The translations under genes were made by a program, and so were the position numbers. From an uncultured Spirochaetales bacterium (GTDB lineage Bacteria; Myxococcota_A; UBA9160; PR03): a stretch of 42,817 nucleotides of DNA. The notes under the pieces are model-generated. The model was not told the origin of the DNA. It did not search any database and was given only the letters and a program-made list of their open reading frames with translations. The stretch spans positions 1 to 42,817 of the forward strand of contig CAYOHN010000001.1 of NCBI GenBank assembly GCA_964403735.1, written 5' to 3'. This document shows, in pieces, positions 12,409 to 21,306 of this stretch; position 1 is the first letter of the stretch; the number at the start of each line of letters is the position of its first letter.

Positions 12409-13229
12409 CGTTGCGCCTCGTCGGCGTCTACGGCGGGACGTTCAACCCGATCCACGTGGGACACCTGCGGGCGGCCGAGGAGGTGGCGGAGGCGCTCGGC
12501 CTGGCGCGCGTGCTGTTCGTGCCGAGCGCGGTGCCGCCGCACAAGACCGACGACCCGGCTGACGCCATCGCCCCGGCCGCGCTGCGACTCGACTGGGTGC
12601 GGCGTGCGATCGCCGACAATCCGGGTTTCGAGATCGAGCCGATCGAGGTGGAGCGCGGCGGCGCCTCGTACCTGGTCGAGACACTCGCCGCGCTGCGGAA
12701 TCGGCTCTCGGCCAGCGACGAGGAACCGGTGTTCCTGGTGGGATCCGATGCGTTTGCCGAGATGGGGGCTTGGCGGGAGCCGGCCGCGTTGTTCGCGCTC
12801 GCTCATTATGCGGTGATCGTGCGCCCTCCGCTGCGCTCCGGCAGCCTCGCCGACTGGCTGCCGGCGACGGTGCGCGGCGAGATCGAGATCGCGCCGGACT
12901 GCCGCTCGGCCCGGCATCGGCGGGCGGGCACCTGGCTGCGCCTGGTCGAGATCGCCGGATTCGACGTTTCCGCGTCGGATCTGCGCGCGCGCCTGCGCGA
13001 CGGACGGTCCGTGCGCTATCTCCTTCCAGAGCCGATCCGAGACGCCGTTCTGAAGAGTGGAGTCTACGGAGCCACGCCGGGCGTTCCCCACGGGCCCGGC
13101 GATGGGCCGCCGGCGAATCGACTGGATGACGGGCGCGAAGATCGACAGAAAGCCGACCAGCCAGACCGCTCACCCAGCCAGAAAGCTCACGAGACGGGAG
13201 GACGAACCGGAGTGCAGACGAGCCGATGA
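12405..13229 (+). CDS. nadD: Nicotinate-nucleotide adenylyltransferase with a ~50-aa low-complexity C-terminal extension
   Basis: GVYGGTFNPIHVGHL, FVPSAVPPHK, YLVETL, VSASDLR. TTG 12405 overlaps the proA stop (TTGA). The ORF stays open until the rsfS start. Confidence 0.85.
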   Translation: MTLRLVGVYGGTFNPIHVGHLRAAEEVAEALGLARVLFVPSAVPPHKTDDPADAIAPAALRLDWVRRAIADNPGFEIEPIEVERGGASYLVETLAALRNRLSASDEEPVFLVGSDAFAEMGAWREPAALFALAHYAVIVRPPLRSGSLADWLPATVRGEIEIAPDCRSARHRRAGTWLRLVEIAGFDVSASDLRARLRDGRSVRYLLPEPIRDAVLKSGVYGATPGVPHGPGDGPPANRLDDGREDRQKADQPDRSPSQKAHETGGRTGVQTSR

Positions 13230-13594
13230 CCTCTGCGGAGAAGACGCGAATCGCGGTGGATGCAGCCTTGGACGTGAAGGCAGAAGACGTGATCGCCCTC
13301 GACGTCGGAGGGCTGTCGTCGTTTGCAGACGTGTTCGTCGTCTGCACCGGGCGCTCCGACCGGCAGGTCCGCGCCATCGCGGACGCCATCGAGCAAGCTG
13401 CCAAGCGCGCCGGAAAGCCGCCCCTCGGCATCGAGGGCTACAGCGAGGGACGTTGGGTGCTCGTCGATCTCGATGACGTGATCGTCCACGTCTTCGAACC
13501 GGAGGCGCGCGAGCACTACGACATCGAGCGGCTCTGGAGCGACGCACCGCGAATCGAGACGGTTGCTTCGGCGGCGGACAAGGCGGCACCGTGA
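13226..13594 (+). CDS. rsfS: Ribosome silencing factor RsfS (iojap-like)
   Basis: AEDVIALDVGGLSSFADVFVVCTGRSDRQVRAIAD..WVLVDLDDVIVHVFEPEAREHYDIERLW. ATGA overlap with nadD. Confidence 0.9.
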   Translation: MTSAEKTRIAVDAALDVKAEDVIALDVGGLSSFADVFVVCTGRSDRQVRAIADAIEQAAKRAGKPPLGIEGYSEGRWVLVDLDDVIVHVFEPEAREHYDIERLWSDAPRIETVASAADKAAP

Positions 13595-15162
13595 GCGCTC
13601 GATCGATCGACCGCTCCGATGGCGTGCGCAGCGGGCCGGTACTGCTCGTGGTCCTCGATGGCTTCGGACTGGGGGATCGCGGGGCCGGCGATGCGACGGC
13701 GCTCGCGCATGCGCCGTTCTTCGCGCGCGCGGACCAGCACTTCCCACACGCGCGCCTCGAGACTTCGGGCCCCGCCGTCGGTCTGCCGCCCGGCCAGATG
13801 GGCAACTCCGAAGTCGGTCACATGACGATGGGCGCCGGGCGCATCATGGATCAGGACATGACACGGATCTCGAAGGCGTTTTCCGAGCACGGCGCCGAGC
13901 AGGTGCCGGCGATTCGCGATGCGCTCGCCGAGGCCAAGCGCGGCAAGGGCCGGCTGCACCTGCTCGGACTCGTCTCCGATGGAGGCGTGCACAGCTCGCT
14001 CGATCACCTGGTGGCGCTGATCGAGGCCTGCGGCCGCGAAGGGGTTCGTCCGGTGCTGCACGCGTTCCTCGACGGACGCGATACCGCTCCGCGGTCTGCG
14101 CTCCGCTTCTTGGAGCAGCTCGCGTCTCCGCTCGCCGATGCGGGTGGTCACGTCGCGACGGTGACGGGGCGCTTCTTCGCGATGGACCGCGACAACCGTT
14201 GGGATCGCGTCGGGCGGGCGGTCCGTGCCATCCTGGATCGCGACGGCCAGAAGGCCGCGAGTGCCGAGAAAGCCGTCCAGGCCGCGTACGCGCGCGACGA
14301 AGGCGACGAGTTCATCCAGCCGACCGTCGTCGACGGGGGCGACGCGCTCGAGGACGGCGACGTCGCCATCTTCTTCAACTTTCGCGCTGATCGCGCCCGC
14401 GAAATCACCAACGCGCTCACCAGCGCAGCACCCGAGAAGTTCGCAGATCAGCTCGAGCTCGCGCGGCCCGTCCGGCCGGCGCGCTTCGTGTGCCTGACCG
14501 AATACGACGCGGACTTCGATCTGCCGGTCGCGTTCCCGCCGTCGACGCCGCATCGGATCCTGGGCGAACTCCTCGCCGAAGCCGGACTACCGCAGCTGCG
14601 CATGGCGGAGACCGAGAAGTACGCCCACGTGACGTTCTTCTTCAACAGCGGCCGCGAGCAGCCGTTCGACGGCGAGGAGCGCGTGCTGATCCCGTCGCCG
14701 CGCGACATCGACACCTACGACCATCGCCCCGAGATGAGCGCGCCGGCGCTGACCCGCGCGTTGCTGGAGAAGCTCGACGATCGCGACTATGCGTTCGTGC
14801 TGGTGAACTACGCGAATCCCGACATGGTGGGTCATACCGGAGTGATCCCGGCCGCCGTGAAGGCCGTCGAGACGATCGATCACTGTCTCGACTTGGTGAC
14901 GAAGAAGGTGCTCGAGCGCGGCGGCCAGGCTCTGATCACGGCCGACCACGGCAACTGCGAACAGATGATCGATCCGGAGTCCGGTGGTCCGCACACCGCG
15001 CACACGACGAATCCGGTCCCGATCTGGTGGATCACGCGGGATCCGCAGGGCGCGCGGCTGCGGGACGGCGGCCTCGCCGACCTGGCCCCGACGGTCCTCG
15101 AGCTGCTCGAAGTCCCGGTCCCGCGCGAGATGAGCGGAAAGAGCCTGATCGTTCCGTCCTGA
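13591..15162 (+). CDS. gpmI: 2,3-bisphosphoglycerate-independent phosphoglycerate mutase
   Basis: VLLVVLDGFGLG, GQMGNSEVGHMTMGAGR, GLVSDGGVHS, YANPDMVGHTG, ITADHGN. GTGA overlap with rsfS. Confidence 0.9.
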   Translation: MSARSIDRSDGVRSGPVLLVVLDGFGLGDRGAGDATALAHAPFFARADQHFPHARLETSGPAVGLPPGQMGNSEVGHMTMGAGRIMDQDMTRISKAFSEHGAEQVPAIRDALAEAKRGKGRLHLLGLVSDGGVHSSLDHLVALIEACGREGVRPVLHAFLDGRDTAPRSALRFLEQLASPLADAGGHVATVTGRFFAMDRDNRWDRVGRAVRAILDRDGQKAASAEKAVQAAYARDEGDEFIQPTVVDGGDALEDGDVAIFFNFRADRAREITNALTSAAPEKFADQLELARPVRPARFVCLTEYDADFDLPVAFPPSTPHRILGELLAEAGLPQLRMAETEKYAHVTFFFNSGREQPFDGEERVLIPSPRDIDTYDHRPEMSAPALTRALLEKLDDRDYAFVLVNYANPDMVGHTGVIPAAVKAVETIDHCLDLVTKKVLERGGQALITADHGNCEQMIDPESGGPHTAHTTNPVPIWWITRDPQGARLRDGGLADLAPTVLELLEVPVPREMSGKSLIVPS

Positions 15163-15254
15163 ACGAAGCGGATGAGAAACCGGGCGAGATCCCGCCGCGG
15201 ACTCGACCTCCCCCGCTGGTCCCGGTGGAGCCCCCGTTGCGCAACCTGTTCGCG

Positions 15255-15917
15255 ATGCTCTCGAGCGCCGGGTTGGACCTGTTGCTGCCGCGCGCCTGCG
15301 CGCGCTGCGCCGGACGTGTCGCGGGAGACGCCGTTCTATGTCGGGCGTGCGCTCGCTGCCTGTTGCGGCTTCCGCGCCATGGCGAGCCGCGAGCGCCGGC
15401 GCCGCTGACGACTTGGGCCGCCGAGGTCGCGTACGACGGAGAGCTCGAGCAGTGGATCCACCGCTTCAAGTACCCGCAGCCGGGGCTCGCCGGGCTCGAT
15501 GCGCGGCCCGCGGCGCTGCTGACGGCGCTGGTGGCGGACGCCGCCGCGCGGCTGCCGCACCCGCGTCCCCGGTTGGTCATCCCCGTGCCGATCGCTCCGC
15601 GCCGACTGCGCGCCCGTGGCTTTCACCCGGCCGGCATGCTCGCCGGCGCGGTCGCGCGTACGCTCGCGGCACGCTGCGCGCACGGCGCGCTCGTCACGAC
15701 CCGCGAGACCGCGAGCCAGACGGGACTCGACCGCGCGGCGCGCCGGCGCAACGTCCGCGGCGCCTATGCCGCTCGGCCCGGCTTCCTCGCCGAGCGCGCC
15801 GTCGTGCTGGTCGACGACGTCGTCACCACCGGCGCCACGCTCGCGGCCTGCGCCCGCGCGCTGCGCCGTGCGGGGGCGCGGGAGATCCACGCCGTCTGCG
15901 TCGCGCGCAAGCTATGA
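15255..15917 (+). CDS. comF: ComF-family phosphoribosyltransferase-domain protein
   Basis: N-terminal Cys pairs LLPRACARCAGRV..LCRACARC, RGFHPAGMLA, NVRGAY, VVLVDDVVTTGATL. Start ATG 15255 is in frame inside listed ORF 14490..15917. Confidence 0.8.
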   Translation: MLSSAGLDLLLPRACARCAGRVAGDAVLCRACARCLLRLPRHGEPRAPAPLTTWAAEVAYDGELEQWIHRFKYPQPGLAGLDARPAALLTALVADAAARLPHPRPRLVIPVPIAPRRLRARGFHPAGMLAGAVARTLAARCAHGALVTTRETASQTGLDRAARRRNVRGAYAARPGFLAERAVVLVDDVVTTGATLAACARALRRAGAREIHAVCVARKL

Positions 15918-15955
15918 CCCCAATCGATGATCCGGGCTCGCGACGCGCAGCGGCG

Positions 15956-17029
15956 TCACGTCCGTCGCCCGGCCAACGCCTCGATGAGCTTTTCGCGCAG
16001 GCGATCCGGATCGACGGGCTTCTTGAAGATCACACCCTCGAGACCTTCCAGGCGGCTGCGTTTGATCACGTGATCACGGTCGTAGTGGAACGCAGTCATC
16101 ATCAGCACGGGCAGTTCCGGGAAGCGCTCGCGCACGGCCAGGAACAGCTCGTAGCCATCCATGTTCGGCATCACCACGTCGCTGAGCACGATGTCGATGC
16201 CGCCCTTCTCGAGCACGGCCAGCGCTTCGACGCCGTCGCCGGCGGTCTCGACGTGACAGCCCTCGCCAGTCAGCAGCTCGGCGAGCGACTTGCGGATGCC
16301 GAGGTCGTCGTCGGCGATCAGGATCCGCGCACCCGCCAGGCGGGGATCCGGCGCGTGGGCGCCGGGCTTGTGGGATCGCAGGTCCACCATGCGCGCGGGA
16401 CCGACGTATTGCACGGTCTCGTATTTTTCGCCGGCCGCCATCTCGCCGACCCGTTCGACGATCTCGGCGATCCGGGCGATCTCGCGCCGGATCGCATCGA
16501 TGCGCTCGGTCTCCACCGAGCAGTCGGCCTCGCCCGCCAGCCGATCGACGTCGCGCTCGAGCAGCTCGGCCTGGTTCAGGATCACGGCGAGCGGATTGTT
16601 GATCTCGTGCGACAGCCCGATCGCCACCTCACCGAGCGTCGCGAGCTGATCCTTCTGCAGGATCTCGCGCAGATCCTTGGCGAAGCCGATGGTGCCGTCC
16701 TCGCGACCGTGGTCGTCGTGGAGGAGCGTGCCAGAAATCGCCACCGGGATCTCTTCTCCGGTCTTCGACAGGAACGTGGTCCGGAGGTGAGCGGCGATGC
16801 CGCGCCCCCCGTGCTCGGGCCTCCGCATCGCGGACATCACGCGCCTGGCTTCGTCGAGGCTCGGATACAGCTTCGCGACGAAGTGCCCGAGGATCTCGTC
16901 CGGCCGATAGCCGAGAATCTGGCTCGCCCCGTCGTTGTAGTAGTCGACGACCCCCTTGCGGTCCGTCGCCACCACGATGTCCGTGGAGCTGGCGATCAAC
17001 TGCTCGAGTCGTTCCCGGGTGAGCGCCAT
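15956..17029 (-). CDS. PAS - HisKA(DHp) - receiver protein lacking an HATPase_c domain
   Basis: PAS (IVVATDRKGVVDYYNDGASQILGY..), H-box LSHEINNPLAVIL, then a ~70-aa linker runs straight into REC (ILIADDDLG..DIVLSDVVMPNMDG..VLMMTA..IFKKP). Start ATG 17029 has an upstream GAGGGCGGA. Confidence 0.85.
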   Translation of the reverse strand: MALTRERLEQLIASSTDIVVATDRKGVVDYYNDGASQILGYRPDEILGHFVAKLYPSLDEARRVMSAMRRPEHGGRGIAAHLRTTFLSKTGEEIPVAISGTLLHDDHGREDGTIGFAKDLREILQKDQLATLGEVAIGLSHEINNPLAVILNQAELLERDVDRLAGEADCSVETERIDAIRREIARIAEIVERVGEMAAGEKYETVQYVGPARMVDLRSHKPGAHAPDPRLAGARILIADDDLGIRKSLAELLTGEGCHVETAGDGVEALAVLEKGGIDIVLSDVVMPNMDGYELFLAVRERFPELPVLMMTAFHYDRDHVIKRSRLEGLEGVIFKKPVDPDRLREKLIEALAGRRT

Positions 17030-17063
17030 GGGTACTCGTCCGCCCTCGCTCGTGGTCTTCCGG

Positions 17064-18281
17064 TCAGTGGATTCCCTGGACCGCCAGCCAGCGCTCGGCG
17101 TCGATCGCCGCCATGCAGCCGGTCCCCGCGGCCGTGACGGCCTGCCGGTAGACCGGGTCCGTGGCGTCACCACACGCGAAGACGCCGTCGATGGACGTGT
17201 AGGTAGAACCGGGCTTCACGCGGATGTAGCCGACGTCGTCGGTCTCGAGCTGGTCGCGCACCAACGCCGTGTTCGGCTCGTGCCCGATCGCCACGAACAG
17301 CGCGCCGACGGCGAGCTCGCGGGTCTGGCCAGTCTTCACGTCCCGGATCCGCACGCCGGTGACGAACTCGTCGCCGAGCACCTCGTCCACCTCGGCGTTC
17401 CATGCGAACTCGATCTTCTCGCTCTTGCGCGCGCGCTCCGCCATGATCTTCGAGGCGCGCAGCTCGTCGCGGCGATGGATCAGGGTGACCTTCGGCGCAT
17501 AGCGCGCGAGGAACAGCGCCTCCTCCACCGCCGTGTCACCGCCGCCGACGACGGCCATGTCCTTGCCCTTGAACAGCGCGCCGTCGCAGGTGGCGCACGC
17601 TGACACGCCGCGGTTCGTCAGCCGCTCCTCGGACGGCAGGCCGAGCCACTTCGCCGACGCGCCGGTCGACAGGATCACCGCATCGGCGGTGAACGAGCGC
17701 TCGCTGGTCTCGATCCGGAAGGGCCGCTGCGCGAGATCGATCCGGGTCGCGTCTTCCTGGTAGACGCGCGCGCCGAAGCGCTCGGCCTGCTTCTGGAAGC
17801 GCTCCATCATGTCCGGCCCGGACAGCGCCTCGGGAAACCCGGGATAGTTCTCGACGTCCGTCGTGAGCATCAGTTGGCCACCGATCGCGAGACCGGCGAC
17901 GACGACCGGGTGCAGCTCCGCGCGCGCGGCGTAGAGCGCCGCCGTCCAGCCGGCGGGACCCGAGCCGACGATCACGAGCTTCACGTGCTCGGCCGCCGCG
18001 CCGCCGCCAGCACCCGGCCCGCCCCCATCGATCCCGAGCAGGCCGTCGAGCTGGCCGGTCTGGTCGAGCGCCGAGAGATCGTCGAAGCCGCCGACGTGGC
18101 GCTCGCCGATCCAGATCTGCGGCACCGTCCGCTGCCGACTGCGCTCGATCATCTCGTCGCGCCGATGGGGTTCTGCCTCGATGTCGATCTCGGTCCACTG
18201 CTGCCCCCTCGCCGCGAGCAGTCGCTTGGCCATGTCGCAGTACGGGCAGGACGGCTTCGAGTAGATCGTGATCTCGGGCAT
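17064..18281 (-). CDS. trxB: Glutaredoxin fused to a low-Mr thioredoxin-disulfide reductase
   Basis: N-terminal Grx fold with CPYC (ITIYSKPSCPYCDMAKRLL..TVPQIWIGERHVGGFDDL). A Gly-rich linker follows. Then TrxR with VIVGSGPAGWTAALYAAR, the redox centre ACATCDG, VVGGGDTAVEEA and FACGD. Confidence 0.9.
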   Translation of the reverse strand: MPEITIYSKPSCPYCDMAKRLLAARGQQWTEIDIEAEPHRRDEMIERSRQRTVPQIWIGERHVGGFDDLSALDQTGQLDGLLGIDGGGPGAGGGAAAEHVKLVIVGSGPAGWTAALYAARAELHPVVVAGLAIGGQLMLTTDVENYPGFPEALSGPDMMERFQKQAERFGARVYQEDATRIDLAQRPFRIETSERSFTADAVILSTGASAKWLGLPSEERLTNRGVSACATCDGALFKGKDMAVVGGGDTAVEEALFLARYAPKVTLIHRRDELRASKIMAERARKSEKIEFAWNAEVDEVLGDEFVTGVRIRDVKTGQTRELAVGALFVAIGHEPNTALVRDQLETDDVGYIRVKPGSTYTSIDGVFACGDATDPVYRQAVTAAGTGCMAAIDAERWLAVQGIH

Positions 18282-18369
18282 CGGACCTCCGGGGGGCTTT
18301 ATCGACAGGGATGAGGGTAACGGCCTGCGGCACCCCCAGCGAGCCGCCCTCCAGCGGAAGCGGCTCCGT

Positions 18370-19989
18370 TCAGAGCGGCTCGGTGATCGGCAGATCTTCC
18401 CACAGCAACTGCAGGAAGGTCCCGATGAACAGCGACAGGAAGGTCATCAGCAATACCGCCGTCGGGAAGGCGTAAACCGGTTCGATGCCCATGATGCGCG
18501 GCAGCTCCCCGAGGAACGCAGGCGTCGTCATCCGCAGCACCTCCATGTCGATGCCCGGCTCTGCGCCCCACGTGCGCGACACCATGAAGCCGCCGAGCAG
18601 CGTGGTCACGACGATGCCGAGTCCGAGTGCCTGCAACACGCCGAGCAGCCAGATCCGCCGCGCCCGGTAGAAGGCCTCCTGAGGGTCCGGAATCCGACGC
18701 CGAACCTCGACGTAGAGGTACAGCAGGGTCATGAATCCGAGCAGCACGACGGTGACCCCGAGAGGAAACCACGGTCGCTTCGCGAGATCCCACACCTCGT
18801 CGATCAGGAACACCGGCAGGTAGCCGACGATGATGCCGGCCCCGATCCGCGGGACCGCACCGTGGAAGAACGACAGGTCCTTCTGCACGACGAAGCGCAC
18901 CAGCAGATACCAGAGCACGATGCCGAGTACCGCCAACACCTGCAGCGTGCAGGCGGCGTCGAAGAAGACCGGCGCGCGCTCGTACGCGAACACCGCGCCG
19001 ACGAACGGCCAGATCAGCGCCAGGATCGCGAGGCAGTACGCCTGCGTCGAATGCCAAGAGAGCAGGCCGCGAAAGTGACCGTTCCCGCGCGCGAGGTTCT
19101 CGGCGTGGCGAATCACCGCGGCGGCGCGCGGCACGTCGTAGCGGCGCAGGAACCACACCTCGAGCTTGCGCAGCAGCCGCTGGCAGTCGCGCGAAGCGAC
19201 GCGGCGCAGGAACGGCGAGAGATGGGCCGTCCGGCGCAGTCGTCCCGTGGGTTCGACGACCGCCGCGGCCAGTACCTCCTGCTCGCGCGTGTCGAACGGC
19301 GAATCCTCTCCCTCGAAGGCTTCGTTGCTCTCGTCGAGGCAGGTCTCCTCGAGCCACTCGTGGAACGCGCGCGCCCCGAGATCGAGCAGCAGCGCGTCGC
19401 CGCGCGCATCGGGCGGCGCGGCGAGCGCCTGCAGCAAGGCCCTCGGCGTCGCCTCGGGCGCAGCGGCACTCCCCGTGCTGCCGGCGAGCCATGCCTCGAT
19501 CGCTCCGGGCGCGACGCGCTCGCGCACCAGCACATCGGCACCGCGACTCACCAGCTTGCGCAGGTGGAGGATCGCGAGTCGCAGCGGAGGCTGGGTCGCG
19601 AGTTCCTTCTCCGCCACGAAGCCGGCGATCTCTCGCGCCAACACGACGAGATCTCCGTGGATCCGGACGTTGGTCGCAGCGGACGGCGGCCGGCTGCCCG
19701 CCAGCCCGTCGAGTACGCGCTCGAGATGCGCCGGAATGCCGGCCAGCAACCGGCGCAGCGCGTCCTGTGCTTCCCGGCGCGTCGCGCCCTCGCCGAGCCG
19801 GCGCGGATCCGACCACAGATCCTCGAGCTGGAGGTGGAACTCGAACGGGTCGTGATGTTCGAGATGGAAAGAGAACGTCTCTGCGAACAACGGCGTCGCC
19901 GCTGCGTCCGAATCTCCTCCCTGCGACAGGGGAACCCGCTCGAAGCGGACCTCGCGCGCGTGGAAGGCCCAGTGAAAACGCAGCCGCAT
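18370..19989 (-). CDS. Hypothetical protein: ~300-aa soluble N-terminal domain plus about six C-terminal TM helices
   Basis: Part of minus ORF 18370..20418. The upstream gene stops at 20078, so the start is ATG 19989 (MRLRFHW) or GTG 20067. Hydrophobic stretches include AYCLAILALIWPFVGAVFAY, LQVLAVLGIVLWYLLVRFVV, IGAGIIVGYLPVFLI, LGVTVVLLGFMTLLYLYV, IWLLGVLQALGLGIVVTTLLGGF and AFPTAVLLMTFLSLFIGTFLQLLW. I recognise no family. Confidence 0.75.
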   Translation of the reverse strand: MRLRFHWAFHAREVRFERVPLSQGGDSDAAATPLFAETFSFHLEHHDPFEFHLQLEDLWSDPRRLGEGATRREAQDALRRLLAGIPAHLERVLDGLAGSRPPSAATNVRIHGDLVVLAREIAGFVAEKELATQPPLRLAILHLRKLVSRGADVLVRERVAPGAIEAWLAGSTGSAAAPEATPRALLQALAAPPDARGDALLLDLGARAFHEWLEETCLDESNEAFEGEDSPFDTREQEVLAAAVVEPTGRLRRTAHLSPFLRRVASRDCQRLLRKLEVWFLRRYDVPRAAAVIRHAENLARGNGHFRGLLSWHSTQAYCLAILALIWPFVGAVFAYERAPVFFDAACTLQVLAVLGIVLWYLLVRFVVQKDLSFFHGAVPRIGAGIIVGYLPVFLIDEVWDLAKRPWFPLGVTVVLLGFMTLLYLYVEVRRRIPDPQEAFYRARRIWLLGVLQALGLGIVVTTLLGGFMVSRTWGAEPGIDMEVLRMTTPAFLGELPRIMGIEPVYAFPTAVLLMTFLSLFIGTFLQLLWEDLPITEPL

Positions 19990-20077
19990 GCCGAGCCGCT
20001 CGATCTCGACCTCGAGCGGCGCCGCTCCCCCGCGCCCCGGCGCGGCGGCCCTCCCGTTCGCCGCCACGACGGCGCTC

Positions 20078-21241
20078 TCAGAGGACCGGCTGGCCAGGAT
20101 TTTCGCCGCTCTGGTAGTAGGCCTCGACGCGCTCGCCGAGCATCCGTACGCGTTCGGGGATGCCTTCCGGAAGCGGCCAGCGCGCGCTGGCCACGCGCAT
20201 CCGCTCGAGCAGCATTCTCGCGTCCGGATAGTCCTCGCGCACCAGCGCCTCGTCCACAGCGAGCCAGTGCTCGAGCGCCGTGCGCGTTTGCGAGATCCGC
20301 TCGGCGAGCTCCCCCATCCCGGGCGATGCGATGCCGCTCTGCTGCACCTTGGTGGCGAACTCCGCGAGTTCCTGGAGCGCCTGTTCCAGGCGCGGGCGCA
20401 ACCCCTCGTCGGCCGCACGGATCTCCTGAAGGATGTCCTCGAAGCGCCGGCGCAGCGGTTCGTGTGAGATCTCTCGCATCAGGATCACGCGACCGAGCGT
20501 GTCGCGGGCAGTGTCCGCCAGCGTGCGCACGGCGACGCGCAGGCGCAGCGACACGCTGCCGGTGGTGACATCGAGCTCTTCGTACGTCGGCTTGGCGGCT
20601 CCGGATTCCTCGCAGCCGACGCCGAGCCGACGCGAGACCTCGCGCACCTCGCGCAGCGCGTGGGCGCCGAGGACCTCTTCGAGAGGACGACCGCTCGGGT
20701 CGTCGTCGAGACCGAGATACTCGCGACCGGGGCGGTTGGCCGCCCTTACCACGCCCCGGGCGTCGATGACCAGCGCGCCGATCGGGATCTCGTCGATCGC
20801 CGCAGCGAGGAACACGTTGGCGCGGCGAAGATCTTCGAGCAGGACGTCGTTCTGCACGCGCAACCGATGCAGCTCGACGGCGCGGTGAACGAGCTGTTTC
20901 AGCTCCTCCGGCTCCCACGGCTTCGTCACGTACGCGTACACGTGACCCTCGTTGATCGCGCGGACCATCGCATCGCCGTCGGCGTAGCCCGTGAGGATGA
21001 TGCGTGTCGTGTTCGGATGGCTCTCGCAGACGAGCGCCAGGAACTCGACGCCCGTCATCTCGGGCATGCGCTGGTCCGTGATCACCGCAGCGATCGGCGA
21101 GCGATCGGCGAGGCTCTGCAAGGCCTGACGCGCACTGGTGGCGGTCAGGACGTCATATTCGTCTTCGAACGTGAAGGCCATCGTTTCGAGGATGGCTTCC
21201 TCGTCGTCCACGATCAGGATGCGCGGGCGGGGCTGAGTCAT
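20078..21241 (-). CDS. Response regulator: receiver + PAS-like + C-terminal helical domain of unknown function
   Basis: MTQPRPRILIVDDEEAILE..AVITDQRMPEMTG..IILTGYAD..YVTKPW (REC), then IPIGALVIDARGVVRAANRPGREYLGL (PAS-like). I saw no recognisable output domain. ATG at 21241. Confidence 0.85.
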   Translation of the reverse strand: MTQPRPRILIVDDEEAILETMAFTFEDEYDVLTATSARQALQSLADRSPIAAVITDQRMPEMTGVEFLALVCESHPNTTRIILTGYADGDAMVRAINEGHVYAYVTKPWEPEELKQLVHRAVELHRLRVQNDVLLEDLRRANVFLAAAIDEIPIGALVIDARGVVRAANRPGREYLGLDDDPSGRPLEEVLGAHALREVREVSRRLGVGCEESGAAKPTYEELDVTTGSVSLRLRVAVRTLADTARDTLGRVILMREISHEPLRRRFEDILQEIRAADEGLRPRLEQALQELAEFATKVQQSGIASPGMGELAERISQTRTALEHWLAVDEALVREDYPDARMLLERMRVASARWPLPEGIPERVRMLGERVEAYYQSGENPGQPVL

Positions 21242-21306
21242 GGCAGTCCAGTCGGAGCCGAGGCCGGTCCACGGACGGACCGAGGGGAGGGTCCGGGGCG
21301 TCGAGG

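Noticed and set aside
18370-20418. Full-length 682-aa reading of the membrane-protein ORF
   Set aside because: The first ~115 codons overlap the REC-PAS gene, which ends at 20078, and are Arg/Ser-rich frame noise. I trimmed the start to ATG 19989 or GTG 20067.
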